Part shown: piece after piece, positions 1-9,970 of the stretch
How the letters are laid out: each line of letters opens with the position of its first letter
Numbering within the stretch: the first letter of the stretch is position 1
Assembly (NCBI GenBank): GCA_964410905.1
Contig: CAYPIR010000011.1
Location: forward strand, 1,813 to 65,812
Direction: 5' to 3'
Source of the DNA: an uncultured bacterium
GTDB lineage: Bacteria > Omnitrophota > Omnitrophia > Omnitrophales > Aquincolibacteriaceae
DNA: 64,000 bases
Translations under genes and position numbers: made by a program
The notes under the pieces: generated by a model
Told to the model about the DNA's origin: nothing
The model's database searches: none
What the model saw: only the letters and a program-made list of their open reading frames with translations

Positions 1-470
1 AATGGATTGTGAATTTGAGGCTTTCTGTAGGCGTCAGAACCATTTACCAAAACGAGGCTGTTCGCGGCATCCATCGCTGTCTTAAAAATGGTGAAGTTGT
101 CGGGCTTTTACCGGATCAGGATTTGGATAGAGCGCGCGGTGTTTTTGTGGATTTTTTTGGGAAGCCTGCTTATACAAATATCGCGCCGGTAAAAATCGCC
201 ATGAAATTAGGGACGCCGATACTTATCGCTTTTATGATTAGGCAGCCTAAGGGCCGATACAAGCTGTTTTTAGGAGATGTTATTCGTCCTAAAATAGAAA
301 ATGGAAATCACGAAGCCTCGATAGAAAAATATACCAAGATTTGGATGCGGGAGTTTGAGACGATGATTCGCAAATATCCGGAGCAATGGGGCTGGCTGCA
401 CAACAGATGGCGAACGCGGCCTGAAGATGTTTTAAGAGAAAATAAAATCGAAAAAGAAAACGAGAAATGA
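1..470 (+). CDS. Lipid A biosynthesis lauroyl/myristoyl acyltransferase (LpxL/HtrB family), C-terminal fragment; 5' end lies outside the window
   Basis: Open frame runs from the window edge. C-terminal block KYPEQWGWLHNRWRTRPE matches the conserved YPEQY-W-H-RWK tail of LpxL-family acyltransferases. It sits immediately upstream of an LPS-export operon. Confidence 0.6.
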   Translation, partial: WIVNLRLSVGVRTIYQNEAVRGIHRCLKNGEVVGLLPDQDLDRARGVFVDFFGKPAYTNIAPVKIAMKLGTPILIAFMIRQPKGRYKLFLGDVIRPKIENGNHEASIEKYTKIWMREFETMIRKYPEQWGWLHNRWRTRPEDVLRENKIEKENEK

Positions 471-471
471 A

Positions 472-1356
472 ATGATAAAAAAAAGCATAATAGTTTTTGT
501 CGCGTTGGTTATTTTTTACGTATTTTTTATTCAATTCCAGGTTGTAATTACACGCAAGGAACGCGCTCAGAAAAAAACGGAGAGGGTTTCTTCGGAACGT
601 TCGCAAAAAGTTTTTGCTTTTTCTTTTACCAAATACACTCCGGAGGGGCAGCGCGAAATTGAAATAGAAGGAGATTCCGCGGACATTCTTGCCAGCAATG
701 TCAAATTAATGAATGTGATGGCAAAGGCCTATGCCGAAGAAATTCCTGTAACGGTAACCGCCGACAAAGGCGCGTATGACAAAAAGGAAAATAAAATCCG
801 CATAGAAAAAAATGTTATCGCAACCACTGACGATGGGACAAGGCTCATAACAGAATCGCTTGATATGCGTCCGTCGGAGCACTTGGTAGAAACGGAGCTT
901 CCTACGCAGGTGAAGAGGGATAATATTAATGTCGAAGGAACGGGCGCGCGCGCTGACACTAGACTAAAAAGAATCCGTTTTAAAAAAAATGTTACAGTTG
1001 TAATTCAAAACCTTGAAGACAAAGAAGGCGGCCCGACAACGATTACTTGTGATGGACCGCTTATAATCGACTATGAAAAAAACATCGCGTATTTCAGCGA
1101 TAATGTTGTGGCGCAAGATGCGAGAGGGAAACTTTCAGCTGATAAAATGGACGTTTACTATAATAAAATCTCAAAACGCGTTTCTAAAATTACTGCGGCG
1201 GGCGATGTGGCGATTGAAAATCCCGATGGAAATAAAACTTTTTCCGACAGCGTTATTTATTTGGCCGATGAAGGCAGAATTATTTTGGGTGGAGATACAG
1301 AAGCGCTTTATGTTGAGGGCAGAGAATCTTCTTCGCTTCTCGAAGGAGGTTTTTAA
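472..1356 (+). CDS. Membrane-anchored LptC/LptA-like (OstA-fold) LPS export periplasmic protein
   Basis: Single N-terminal TM helix (IIVFVALVIFYVFFIQF), then two OstA-like beta-jellyroll halves. Stop overlaps the lptB start (TAATGATG). Position is immediately 5' of lptB, as in lptC-lptA-lptB operons. Confidence 0.55.
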   Translation: MIKKSIIVFVALVIFYVFFIQFQVVITRKERAQKKTERVSSERSQKVFAFSFTKYTPEGQREIEIEGDSADILASNVKLMNVMAKAYAEEIPVTVTADKGAYDKKENKIRIEKNVIATTDDGTRLITESLDMRPSEHLVETELPTQVKRDNINVEGTGARADTRLKRIRFKKNVTVVIQNLEDKEGGPTTITCDGPLIIDYEKNIAYFSDNVVAQDARGKLSADKMDVYYNKISKRVSKITAAGDVAIENPDGNKTFSDSVIYLADEGRIILGGDTEALYVEGRESSSLLEGGF

Positions 1357-2084
1357 TGATGAACCTTCTTGAGACCAAACAAATAGTTAAGACTTATAAA
1401 GGACGCAGTGTTGTAAACGGTGTTAGCATACAAATTTCGCGAGGTGAAATTGTCGGGCTTTTGGGTCCGAACGGTGCCGGGAAAACGACATCTTTTTATA
1501 TGCTCACAGGAGTTATCCGCCCGGACGCGGGACAAATTTTTTTCCGCGGCGAAGATATCACTAATCTTCCTATGTTTGAACGCGCGCGGCTTGGAATGGG
1601 CTACCTTTCACAAGAGCCTTCTATCTTCCGTAAACTTACAGTGGAAGAAAATATTATGGCTATTTTAGAAACGCTGGAAATTTCGCAAGAAGAACGCGAC
1701 CGCAGATTAAAAAGACTTTTGGCCGATTTAGACATCGCGTACCTCGCGAAGAATAAGGCTTATACGCTTTCCGGCGGCGAACGCAGGCGACTCGAAATTA
1801 CGCGCGCGCTTGTAACAAATCCATCGCTTATTCTTTTGGACGAGCCTTTCAGCGGAGTTGATCCGATAGCGGTTTTTGAAGTGCAGAAAATTTTACAAAA
1901 ATTGAAAGCGCAGGGGCTTAGCATACTTTTGACTGACCACAGCGTTCGAGAAACGCTTTCTATTACCGATAGGTCATATCTTCTTTTTGAAGGACGGGTT
2001 GAAGTGTCGGGGACATCGGAATTTTTGGCGTCCGATACTAAGGCGCGGGAAATTTATTTGGGCGAACGGTTTACATTATCTTAA
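1356..2084 (+). CDS. lptB: LPS export ABC transporter ATP-binding protein LptB
   Basis: 242 aa. Walker A GPNGAGKTT, ABC signature LSGGERRR, Walker B ILLDEPFSGVD, H-loop. Length and context are typical for LptB. Confidence 0.85.
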   Translation: MMNLLETKQIVKTYKGRSVVNGVSIQISRGEIVGLLGPNGAGKTTSFYMLTGVIRPDAGQIFFRGEDITNLPMFERARLGMGYLSQEPSIFRKLTVEENIMAILETLEISQEERDRRLKRLLADLDIAYLAKNKAYTLSGGERRRLEITRALVTNPSLILLDEPFSGVDPIAVFEVQKILQKLKAQGLSILLTDHSVRETLSITDRSYLLFEGRVEVSGTSEFLASDTKAREIYLGERFTLS

Positions 2085-2129
2085 AAATAATTTGGCTTTT
2101 GCTGAATAAACAACTAGGAGGAGAACGGC

Positions 2130-2675
2130 GTGGATATTCGTTTTACTGGTCAAAACATTAAAATCACCTCGGGAATGAAAGAGCATCTTGAGGCGCATTT
2201 GCCTAAACTTGAAAAATATGCTCCATCGGTTGTCGAAGCACACGTTTTTTTGAAAAAAGAGAAATATATTTTCAGAGCGGAAATCGCTTTGACGGCGAAG
2301 GGATTTAGAGCTATTGGAGTCGCGGAAAAGAAAGATAATATTTTTGCTGCTATTGACGAAGCGTATGTTCGAATTGAAAAACAACTTAAAAAGTTTCGCG
2401 CCAAGTCTAAAGGACATCATAAAAAAATACACAAGTCTTCAGCAAAAGTTTCGCGCGCTTTAAAAATGATTGAAGCCGAAGAAGTGGATTTGCCTGAATC
2501 TCCAAAAGTTGTTTCTTCAAAAGCGTTATCTTCAAAACCAATGTCGGTGGAAGAAGCCAGTCTTCAATTAGAAGCAACAAGCGAATCATTTGTTGTGTTT
2601 CGCAATCGCGAAACAGACGAAGTAAATGTAATTCACAAACTCAAAAGCGGAAATCATGGTCTTATTGAACCATAA
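2130..2675 (+). CDS. hpf: Ribosome hibernation promoting factor (long form HPF/RaiA)
   Basis: GTG start 6 nt downstream of AGGAGGAG. The N-terminal RaiA/YfiA fold sequence (DIRFTG..I.IT...KEHLE) is followed by a C-terminal extension. Gene order lptB-hpf-ptsN is conserved. Confidence 0.8.
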   Translation: MDIRFTGQNIKITSGMKEHLEAHLPKLEKYAPSVVEAHVFLKKEKYIFRAEIALTAKGFRAIGVAEKKDNIFAAIDEAYVRIEKQLKKFRAKSKGHHKKIHKSSAKVSRALKMIEAEEVDLPESPKVVSSKALSSKPMSVEEASLQLEATSESFVVFRNRETDEVNVIHKLKSGNHGLIEP

Positions 2676-2719
2676 TTTTGATTGTCAACAGGGACGACCC
2701 TTAAAAGGAGAAATGAAGC

Positions 2720-3184
2720 ATGAAAATAACAGATTTTCTTAATTTAAAAGCCATTAAAGTTGACTTGGATTCGACGACGAAAGAAGATGTTCTTTCCGAA
2801 ATGGTTGATGCTCTTGCTGAGTCAAAAGATATTGGCGATAAAAAAACTGTTTTGAAGGCTTTGCTTGAGCGTGAAAATTTGGGGTCTACGGGCATTGGCC
2901 AGGGCATTGCAATTCCTCATGGAAAAACAGATAAAGTTGACGGACTTATTGCCGCGCTCGGAGTGAGCAAGAAGGGAGTTAATTTTGAGGCGTTAGACGA
3001 TGAACCGGTCTATATTTTATTTTTACTTGTTGCTCCCAAAGATGCCGCTGGAGCGCATTTGAAGGCTTTGGCGCAAATCTCTAGGCTTTTGCGTGATACA
3101 TATTTTTGTGAACTTATGCGTAAATGTGAAACAGCAAAAGATGTTTTCGATTTGATCGCAAAAGAAGAAAATCGCAAAGCCTAA
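2720..3184 (+). CDS. ptsN: PTS EIIA(Ntr)-type nitrogen regulatory protein PtsN
   Basis: 154 aa. EIIA type-2 fold with the phosphorylatable His in GIAIPHGKTD. Located downstream of hpf, as in rpoN-hpf-ptsN clusters. Confidence 0.8.
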   Translation: MKITDFLNLKAIKVDLDSTTKEDVLSEMVDALAESKDIGDKKTVLKALLERENLGSTGIGQGIAIPHGKTDKVDGLIAALGVSKKGVNFEALDDEPVYILFLLVAPKDAAGAHLKALAQISRLLRDTYFCELMRKCETAKDVFDLIAKEENRKA

Positions 3185-3213
3185 GTCCCAAAATTGTCTA
3201 GGGCAAAATTTAT

Positions 3214-4473
3214 ATGAAATTTTTCAAGTGGCTTTATCCGGGAATAGGTCTTAAACGCTGGGTTTTTTTGTGCGTCTTAGGTCTTAGCATAATCGTTGTC
3301 GTTGCCTTTTTGACGGTTCAGACGATAGCCCGTTATAGCGTTTTGCGCGCGTCCTTGACTACGGCATTTTTAATTCTTGGAATATTTCTTATTTTTACGT
3401 CCATTAAAAATATGATTAGAATTTTCGTGCGGGCGCTTATGCCTGTTAACGAAAATGATTCTCTGGTAGATATTGTTTATCGGAAACGAAAAGGTGAATC
3501 TCTTTTACACGGGCCGCGAATAGTTGCGATTGGCGGCGGAACTGGTTTGAGCACGCTTCTTTCCGGTGTTAAAACTGTTACGAGCAACATTACGGCGATT
3601 GTAACAGTAACGGATAATGGAGGAAGCTCGGGCAGGCTACGCGAAGAAATGGATGTGTTGCCGCCGGGAGATATTCGCAACTGTCTTGTGTCGCTTTCGG
3701 ATACGGGACAACTTATCCGCGATTTGTTTCAGTATCGGTTTATGGAAGGCGAAGGTCTTAAGGGACATAGTTTTGGGAATTTGTTTATCACGGCTCTTTC
3801 TAAGGTAACAGGTGATTTTGAAAAAGCGATAGCCGAGTCCAGCAAGGTTTTGGCGATTCGCGGAAGAGTGCTGCCATCGACTTTGGAAAAGGTGTCGCTT
3901 GTGGGCGAGTTTAAGGATGGAACTCAAGCCGTGGGCGAAACAGATATCACCGATCTTAGAAAAGCGATTCACAGTATCAGCCTTCGGCCTGATGATTGCA
4001 AGGCTACGCAGGAAGCGTTAGAGGCTATTGATATAGCCGATATTATTTTGATGGGACCGGGCAGCCTTTACACAAGTATTTTGCCGAATTTGCTGGTAAA
4101 AGATATTCGGGAAGCAATATTGCGGTCAGACGCGTATAAGATTTTTATAATGAATGTGATGACGCAGGCCGGCGAAACAACGGGAATGACCGCGTGGAAT
4201 CATATGAGCACCATTATAGAGCATACGGATCCACGTATTTTTGACGCGTGTTTTGTAAATAACGCGTCAGTGCCACAAGCGGTTTTGAAACGTTATGAAA
4301 AACAGAACTCAATTCCGGTTTATTTGGACACAGATAAAATTCAGGAAAAAGGATACAAAATAATTTCAGGCGAAACGCTTCTCTCGGGAGATCAAGTTCG
4401 TCATGACTCTGAAACATTGATGAAAATAATTATGGATTATTACCGCGAAAATATAGTTGGTGAAGAGGAATAA
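3214..4473 (+). CDS. YvcK/CofD-like (UPF0052, gluconeogenesis factor family) protein with an N-terminal membrane anchor
   Basis: VAIGGGTGLSTLLSGVK is the P-loop-like motif characteristic of YvcK/CofD. An 85-aa N-terminal extension carries two hydrophobic helices. An alternative internal start at about 3412 would give a canonical ~333-aa protein. Confidence 0.7.
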   Translation: MKFFKWLYPGIGLKRWVFLCVLGLSIIVVVAFLTVQTIARYSVLRASLTTAFLILGIFLIFTSIKNMIRIFVRALMPVNENDSLVDIVYRKRKGESLLHGPRIVAIGGGTGLSTLLSGVKTVTSNITAIVTVTDNGGSSGRLREEMDVLPPGDIRNCLVSLSDTGQLIRDLFQYRFMEGEGLKGHSFGNLFITALSKVTGDFEKAIAESSKVLAIRGRVLPSTLEKVSLVGEFKDGTQAVGETDITDLRKAIHSISLRPDDCKATQEALEAIDIADIILMGPGSLYTSILPNLLVKDIREAILRSDAYKIFIMNVMTQAGETTGMTAWNHMSTIIEHTDPRIFDACFVNNASVPQAVLKRYEKQNSIPVYLDTDKIQEKGYKIISGETLLSGDQVRHDSETLMKIIMDYYRENIVGEEE

Positions 4474-4478
4474 ATAAA

Positions 4479-4775
4479 ATGACTGCTAACAAAAAAAAAC
4501 ATGGCGTAGAAGTTTTGGAAAAGACTTTTACCATAAGAAATAAATTAGGGCTTCACGCGCGCCCCGCGGCCGTCTTTGTTCAAACTGCGAGCAAGTTTGT
4601 GTCATCGGTTGAAATACGAAAAGATGATACAAATGTGGACGGGAAATCCATTATGGGAATAATGGGACTTGCCGCGGAAATGGGTTCTTCCATAACGCTG
4701 CGCATATCCGGAGCTGATGCCGATGCCGCGCTTGCGGCTTTAGGCAAATTGATAGAGTCTGATTTTGGAGAATAA
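4479..4775 (+). CDS. ptsH: Phosphocarrier protein HPr
   Basis: 98 aa. His15 motif LGLHARPAA and Ser46 region GKSIMGIMGL. Confidence 0.85.
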   Translation: MTANKKKHGVEVLEKTFTIRNKLGLHARPAAVFVQTASKFVSSVEIRKDDTNVDGKSIMGIMGLAAEMGSSITLRISGADADAALAALGKLIESDFGE

Positions 4776-4781
4776 TAAAAA

Positions 4782-6530
4782 ATGAAACAATACAAAGGAA
4801 TAGGCGTTTCTCCGGGCATTGCTATTGGGAAAGTGTTTGTTCTGCACAGCCGAGAATCCTTTAATCCGCCTAAACATCCTATTGCCGCCACGCAAGTGGC
4901 TAATGAAATTGCTCGCTTTGAAGAGGCGTTAACACAAACTCGTGCCGAGATTCTTTCTGTCCGTTCAAAATTATCAGACAAAATCGGCAGAGAAAGCTCG
5001 GACATTTTCACAGCGCATCTGTTGATTTTGGAGGACAGGACGCTGATAGAAGATGTTATTGGCGTTATTAAAGAAGAAAAAGTAAGCGCCGATTACGCGT
5101 TTGCCCTTGTTATCCAACGATACTTTCAAGCGTTTTCGCAAATAAGCGATGATTATTTAAAAGAACGCGTCGCGGACATTCGCGATGTCGGCAAACGACT
5201 TTTGGGCAATTTATGTGGTGAAGAAAAAAAACGATTAGAAGAGTTTGAAGGAAAAGTGATTTTGCTTTCGCGAGATTTATCTCCTTCTGATACGGCCTCT
5301 CTTGACCGCGAAAAAGTTATAGCGTTCGCGACAGAGATTGGCGGGCCGACTTCACACACGGCCATTTTGGGACGTTCTTTAGAAATCCCCGCGGTTGTCG
5401 GTTTAGAATCCATAGTTAATGAATTAAATGACGGCGATCAAGTCATCGTGGACGGGACAAGCGGCGTTGTAACGGTTAATCCTGATGATGAAACGCTAGA
5501 AAAATTGCATTTTCGCGAAAGTAAGTTTCAGCACTTGTCGACAGAACTGGATAAGTTGCGAGATTTGCCCGCGGAAACTTTGGATGGGCATAAGATTGTG
5601 CTTGCCGCCAATATTGAATTTCATCATGAAATATCTTCCGTTTTTCAGCATGGCGGAACGGGCGTGGGCCTTTATAGAACGGAGTATTTTTATATGAACC
5701 GGGCAGCACTGCCGACTGAAGATGAACAATATGAAGCCTACAAAAAAGTAGCGGAAAAAATAAAGCCGAATCCAGTGGTCATTAGAACGCTTGATTTGGG
5801 GGGAGATAAGTTTGCGTCTACTTTAGACATTCCGCACGAAATGAATCCGTATCTTGGCTGGCGGGCAATTAGATTTTGTCTCGCGCGAACGGATATTTTC
5901 AAAACACAGCTTCGGGCTATTTTAAGGGCAAGCGCTCACGGAAATCTTAAAATTATGTATCCTATGATCGCTAGCATTTACGAAATACGTGCTGCGCGTG
6001 CAATTCTAAACGAAGCGATGAATGAGCTCACAAAAGAAGGAATAACTTACGACAAGAAAATTCATGTAGGCGCGATGATCGAAATCCCATCGGCGGCGCT
6101 TGCTAGTGATGTGCTGGCGAAAGAAGTTGATTTTTTCTCGATTGGAACAAATGACTTAATTCAATACACGCTGGCAATTGACCGCATGAATGAAAAAATT
6201 GTTTACTTATATGAGCCGACACATCCGGCAATTATTCGTCTTATAGATTTAACAGTCAGGAACGGACACGGGCATAACATTAGCGTTGGAAGCTGCGGAG
6301 AAATGTCATCTGACCCGGCCATCGCGCTTCTGCTTGTAGGGCTTGGCGTGGATGAAATAAGCGCCAGCCCCGTAACTTTGCCTAAAATTAAAAAAGCAAT
6401 TCGTTCAATAAAGTATTCCGATGCCAAGTCAATCGCGCAGCGCGCTCTCGCGTTGAAGACCGGCGAAGACATTTATGTTTTCCTGAAAAAGAAACTTAAA
6501 GACGTTTGCCAAGAACTAGTCGATGACTAA
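4782..6530 (+). CDS. ptsI: Phosphoenolpyruvate-protein phosphotransferase (PTS enzyme I)
   Basis: 582 aa. N-terminal MKQYKGIGVSPGIAIGK, phospho-His domain (GGPTSHTAILGRSLEIPAVVG) and PEP-utilizing C-terminal domain with the SIGTNDLIQYTLA motif. Confidence 0.9.
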   Translation: MKQYKGIGVSPGIAIGKVFVLHSRESFNPPKHPIAATQVANEIARFEEALTQTRAEILSVRSKLSDKIGRESSDIFTAHLLILEDRTLIEDVIGVIKEEKVSADYAFALVIQRYFQAFSQISDDYLKERVADIRDVGKRLLGNLCGEEKKRLEEFEGKVILLSRDLSPSDTASLDREKVIAFATEIGGPTSHTAILGRSLEIPAVVGLESIVNELNDGDQVIVDGTSGVVTVNPDDETLEKLHFRESKFQHLSTELDKLRDLPAETLDGHKIVLAANIEFHHEISSVFQHGGTGVGLYRTEYFYMNRAALPTEDEQYEAYKKVAEKIKPNPVVIRTLDLGGDKFASTLDIPHEMNPYLGWRAIRFCLARTDIFKTQLRAILRASAHGNLKIMYPMIASIYEIRAARAILNEAMNELTKEGITYDKKIHVGAMIEIPSAALASDVLAKEVDFFSIGTNDLIQYTLAIDRMNEKIVYLYEPTHPAIIRLIDLTVRNGHGHNISVGSCGEMSSDPAIALLLVGLGVDEISASPVTLPKIKKAIRSIKYSDAKSIAQRALALKTGEDIYVFLKKKLKDVCQELVDD

Positions 6531-6574
6531 ACCGATGAGTTTTGTCTTCATAAAAGAATAATAAGAGGAGACAA

Positions 6575-7327
6575 GTGAAAGTTGTTGTTCTTTGCGCGGG
6601 TTACGCGACACGGCTTCATCCGTTGACAGAAAATACTCCCAAGCCTCTTCTCCCAGTAGGAGGCAAACCGATATTGGAATGGATTTTGGATAAAATTGAA
6701 AATCTTTCTAATGTCGAGGCTGTTTATGTCGTAACCAACCAAAAATTCGCGGAGCATTTTAATAATTGGAAAAAGACTTCTAAACATTCGTGGCCTGTCA
6801 TAGTTGTAAATGACAAGACGACAGAAAATGAAAAAAGGCTTGGCGCAATCGGCGATTTGAATTACGCAATAAAGACGGAAAAGTTACCTCCAAGCGATTT
6901 GTTGGTGCTGGCGGGAGATAATTTTTTTGATTTTGATTTGGTTAAATTTATTGAGAAAACGAAAACGCTTCGTCCGCACGGCGCTCTCGCGGCTTACGAC
7001 ATTGGCGACTTGGAGATTGCTAAAAAATATGGGCTTGTCAGGATAGACTCGCAAAGCCGCGTTTTGGAATTTCAGGAAAAACCATCTAATCCTTTTTCCA
7101 CTCTTGTTTCGTGCGGAATATATTGGCTGCCTATAGAGATTTGGCAATTGCTTGACAAATATATTGAATTGGGTAATAACACCGACCAGCCCGGAAATTA
7201 TATGCGCTGGCTTGCGGAAACCGTCGGACTTTTTGCTTTTTCTTTTAAAGGTATATGGCTGGATATCGGCGATATTGTTTCCTATCAACGAGCAAACGAA
7301 ATCATAAAAAACGCGTCTAACATTTAA
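6575..7327 (+). CDS. Sugar-phosphate nucleotidyltransferase (glucose/mannose-1-phosphate NTP-transferase family)
   Basis: GTG start after AGGAG. N-terminal [31 protein letters not shown] is the canonical NTP_transferase signature. Confidence 0.7.
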   Translation: MKVVVLCAGYATRLHPLTENTPKPLLPVGGKPILEWILDKIENLSNVEAVYVVTNQKFAEHFNNWKKTSKHSWPVIVVNDKTTENEKRLGAIGDLNYAIKTEKLPPSDLLVLAGDNFFDFDLVKFIEKTKTLRPHGALAAYDIGDLEIAKKYGLVRIDSQSRVLEFQEKPSNPFSTLVSCGIYWLPIEIWQLLDKYIELGNNTDQPGNYMRWLAETVGLFAFSFKGIWLDIGDIVSYQRANEIIKNASNI

Positions 7328-7338
7328 GGAGAAGTTTT

Positions 7339-8526
7339 ATGGGTAAGGGGCATTATTTTTTTACATCGGAATCTGTTTCTGAGGGACATCCAGATAAAGT
7401 TTGTGATCAAATTTCCGACGCAATTTTAGACGCGTTTTTGGCGGGAGACGCCACGTCGCGCGTGGCGTGCGAGTCACTTGCCACGACTGATCGGCTGACT
7501 ATCGCGGGAGAGGTTACGAGTAAAACTAAAGTTGATGTTGAAAAAGTGGCGCGGAATGTAATTCGTAAAATTGGTTATACAGATCCCAAAGTTGGTTTTG
7601 ATTATAAAACTTGCAAAATTGATGTAGCGCTCCATACCCAGTCGCCAGACATAGCTCAAGGAGTTGATATTGGCGGAGCGGGTGATCAGGGAATGATGTT
7701 TGGCTATGCCACGGCCGAAACCAAAGAATTAATGCCTCTTCCAATTATGCTAGCGCAAAAACTTGTTAGACATCTCACGGCTGTTCGGAAATCCGGGAAA
7801 CTCAAATACTTGCGGCCAGATTCCAAAAGCCAGGTTACTGTTGAATATGAAAATGAAAAACCAAAACGCGTAGACGCCGTTGTTCTGTCAAGTCAGCATG
7901 ATGACAAAGTAAGTCAAAAAACACTGAAAAAAGATTTGATTGAAAAAGTTATTAAAAAAGTTATTCCCGCGAAACTGTTGGATAAAAATACAAAAATCTT
8001 TATTAATCCTACGGGACGTTTTGAGGTTGGCGGTCCGCATGGCGATACAGGCTTAACGGGACGGAAAATTATAGTTGATACCTACGGCGGAATGAGCAGA
8101 CACGGGGGCGGCGCATTTAGCGGTAAAGATCCTTCTAAAGTTGATCGCTCGGCGGCATATTTCGCACGTTACGTAGCCAAAAATATTGTCGCGGCAGGAC
8201 TCGCGGGAAGTTGCGAAATACAAGTTTCTTACGCCATTGGCGTGGCAAAACCTGTTTCAATTCGCGTTGATACATTTGGCACAAATCGCGTTAATGAAGG
8301 AGCGATAGTAAAAGCCGTTTTCGAAGTATTTGATTTTACGCCGCGGGGAATTATTGAAGCGCTTGACCTCCTCCGCCCTATTTATAATAAAACAGCTGCT
8401 TATGGACATTTCGGCAGAACCGAAGCGGGATTTACTTGGGAAAAAACGGATAAGGTAGAGGCGCTTAGAAAAGCATTGAAATTAAAAGACAACTGCGCCT
8501 GCTGTAAACTCACGATTGAAATTTAA
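7339..8526 (+). CDS. metK: S-adenosylmethionine synthetase
   Basis: [44 protein letters not shown] and DTYGG motifs. 395 aa with a short Cys-rich C-terminal tail ([11 protein letters not shown]). Confidence 0.9.
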   Translation: MGKGHYFFTSESVSEGHPDKVCDQISDAILDAFLAGDATSRVACESLATTDRLTIAGEVTSKTKVDVEKVARNVIRKIGYTDPKVGFDYKTCKIDVALHTQSPDIAQGVDIGGAGDQGMMFGYATAETKELMPLPIMLAQKLVRHLTAVRKSGKLKYLRPDSKSQVTVEYENEKPKRVDAVVLSSQHDDKVSQKTLKKDLIEKVIKKVIPAKLLDKNTKIFINPTGRFEVGGPHGDTGLTGRKIIVDTYGGMSRHGGGAFSGKDPSKVDRSAAYFARYVAKNIVAAGLAGSCEIQVSYAIGVAKPVSIRVDTFGTNRVNEGAIVKAVFEVFDFTPRGIIEALDLLRPIYNKTAAYGHFGRTEAGFTWEKTDKVEALRKALKLKDNCACCKLTIEI

Positions 8527-8547
8527 CCAGTTGCAAAAGGACTAAAA

Positions 8548-9969
8548 ATGAAAGTAAAAGTTTCAAACGATACGAACGATTTCAAAGTAGCCGACTTATC
8601 CCTTGCCGAATGGGGACGCAAAGAAATTGATATGGCGGAAAAAGAAATGCCCGGTCTCATGGCGACAAGACGGAAATATGGTCCTAAAAAACCACTCAAA
8701 GGGTTACGGATTATGGGAAGTTTGCATATGACCATACAAACCGCCGTTCTGATTGAAACTTTGATAGAACTTGGCGCGGATGTTAGATGGTGCTCTTGTA
8801 ACATTTTTTCTACGCAAGACCATGCCGCCGCCGCCCTCGCGGTGAAAGGCATTCCTGTTTTCGCGTGGAAAGGCGAGACTTTGGAAGAATATTGGTGGTG
8901 CACGCTTCAAGCACTTAATTTCCCTGGCGGCAAAGGACCGCATCAAATAGTCGATGACGGCGGAGATTCAACGCTTTTAATTCATCTTGGGTATGAAGCG
9001 GAAAAGAATCCTAAAATTTTAAATAAAAAAACCGCGTCGCAAGATGAAGTAGAGCTCTTAAAACTTCTCAAAAAAGTTTTAAAGACTGAGCCGAAAAAAT
9101 GGCATGGCATGGTTAAAGAATGGAAAGGCGTTTCGGAAGAAACCACAACAGGTGTTCATCGCTTATATAAAATGCAAGAGGAAGGGACGCTTTTGGTTCC
9201 CGCGATAAATGTCAACGACTCTGTCACAAAATCAAAGTTTGATAATCTTTATGGTTGTCGCGAATCGCTTGCTGATGGGATTAAGCGCGCTACTGATGTA
9301 ATGATTGCAGGAAAAGTGGCAGTGATTTTAGGCTATGGAGATGTCGGCAAAGGCAGCGCTCAAGCAATGCACGGTCTTGGGGCGCGGATAGTTGTTACGG
9401 AAATTGATCCGATTTGTGCGCTTCAAGCATGTATGGCGGGTTATCAAGTCGCTCGCATAGAAGATGTTTTAACGATAGGAGATATTTTTGTAACGGCAAC
9501 AGGCAATGTCGATGTAATTACCGCCGAACATATGTCGAAAATGAAAGACGAAGCTATTGTTTGCAACATAGGGCACTTTGATAACGAAATTCAAGTATCT
9601 AAACTTGAAAGCTGGAAAGGAATAAAAAAATTAAATATAAAGCCGCAAGTCGATAAGTATATTTTTCCAGACGGGCATTCAATTATTTTGCTCGCGGGAG
9701 GACGGCTTGTTAATCTCGGATGCGCGACAGGACATCCAAGTTTTGTTATGTCGAACTCATTTACTAATCAAACGCTGGCGCAAATTGACCTCGCGCAAAG
9801 TTCTAAAAAACCCGGCGTATATCGATTAGATAAAAAATTAGACGAGGAAGTGGCGAGACTTCATCTGGATAAACTTGGCGCGAAACTCACGAAACTTACG
9901 GCTCGTCAGGCGGGCTACATTGGCGTCCCCGTTGACGGACCGTATAAACCGGAGTATTACAAATACTAA
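8548..9969 (+). CDS. ahcY: Adenosylhomocysteinase
   Basis: 473 aa. [27 protein letters not shown]-terminus, NAD-binding [12 protein letters not shown], and the conserved C-terminal PYKPEYY-Y. Confidence 0.9.
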   Translation: MKVKVSNDTNDFKVADLSLAEWGRKEIDMAEKEMPGLMATRRKYGPKKPLKGLRIMGSLHMTIQTAVLIETLIELGADVRWCSCNIFSTQDHAAAALAVKGIPVFAWKGETLEEYWWCTLQALNFPGGKGPHQIVDDGGDSTLLIHLGYEAEKNPKILNKKTASQDEVELLKLLKKVLKTEPKKWHGMVKEWKGVSEETTTGVHRLYKMQEEGTLLVPAINVNDSVTKSKFDNLYGCRESLADGIKRATDVMIAGKVAVILGYGDVGKGSAQAMHGLGARIVVTEIDPICALQACMAGYQVARIEDVLTIGDIFVTATGNVDVITAEHMSKMKDEAIVCNIGHFDNEIQVSKLESWKGIKKLNIKPQVDKYIFPDGHSIILLAGGRLVNLGCATGHPSFVMSNSFTNQTLAQIDLAQSSKKPGVYRLDKKLDEEVARLHLDKLGAKLTKLTARQAGYIGVPVDGPYKPEYYKY

Positions 9970-9970
9970 T

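Noticed and set aside
1073-1372. 99-aa plus-strand ORF overlapping the 3' part of the LptC/A-like gene in another frame
   Set aside because: It is fully embedded in a well-supported gene with OstA-fold sequence, and its start sits in the middle of that domain.
9875-9970. Track ORF extension placing the alcohol dehydrogenase start at 9875
   Set aside because: This stretch overlaps the 3' end of ahcY in another frame. An ATG at 9971 immediately after the ahcY stop gives an N-terminus (MKKFNFYNPTTILFG) matching Fe-ADH family starts.
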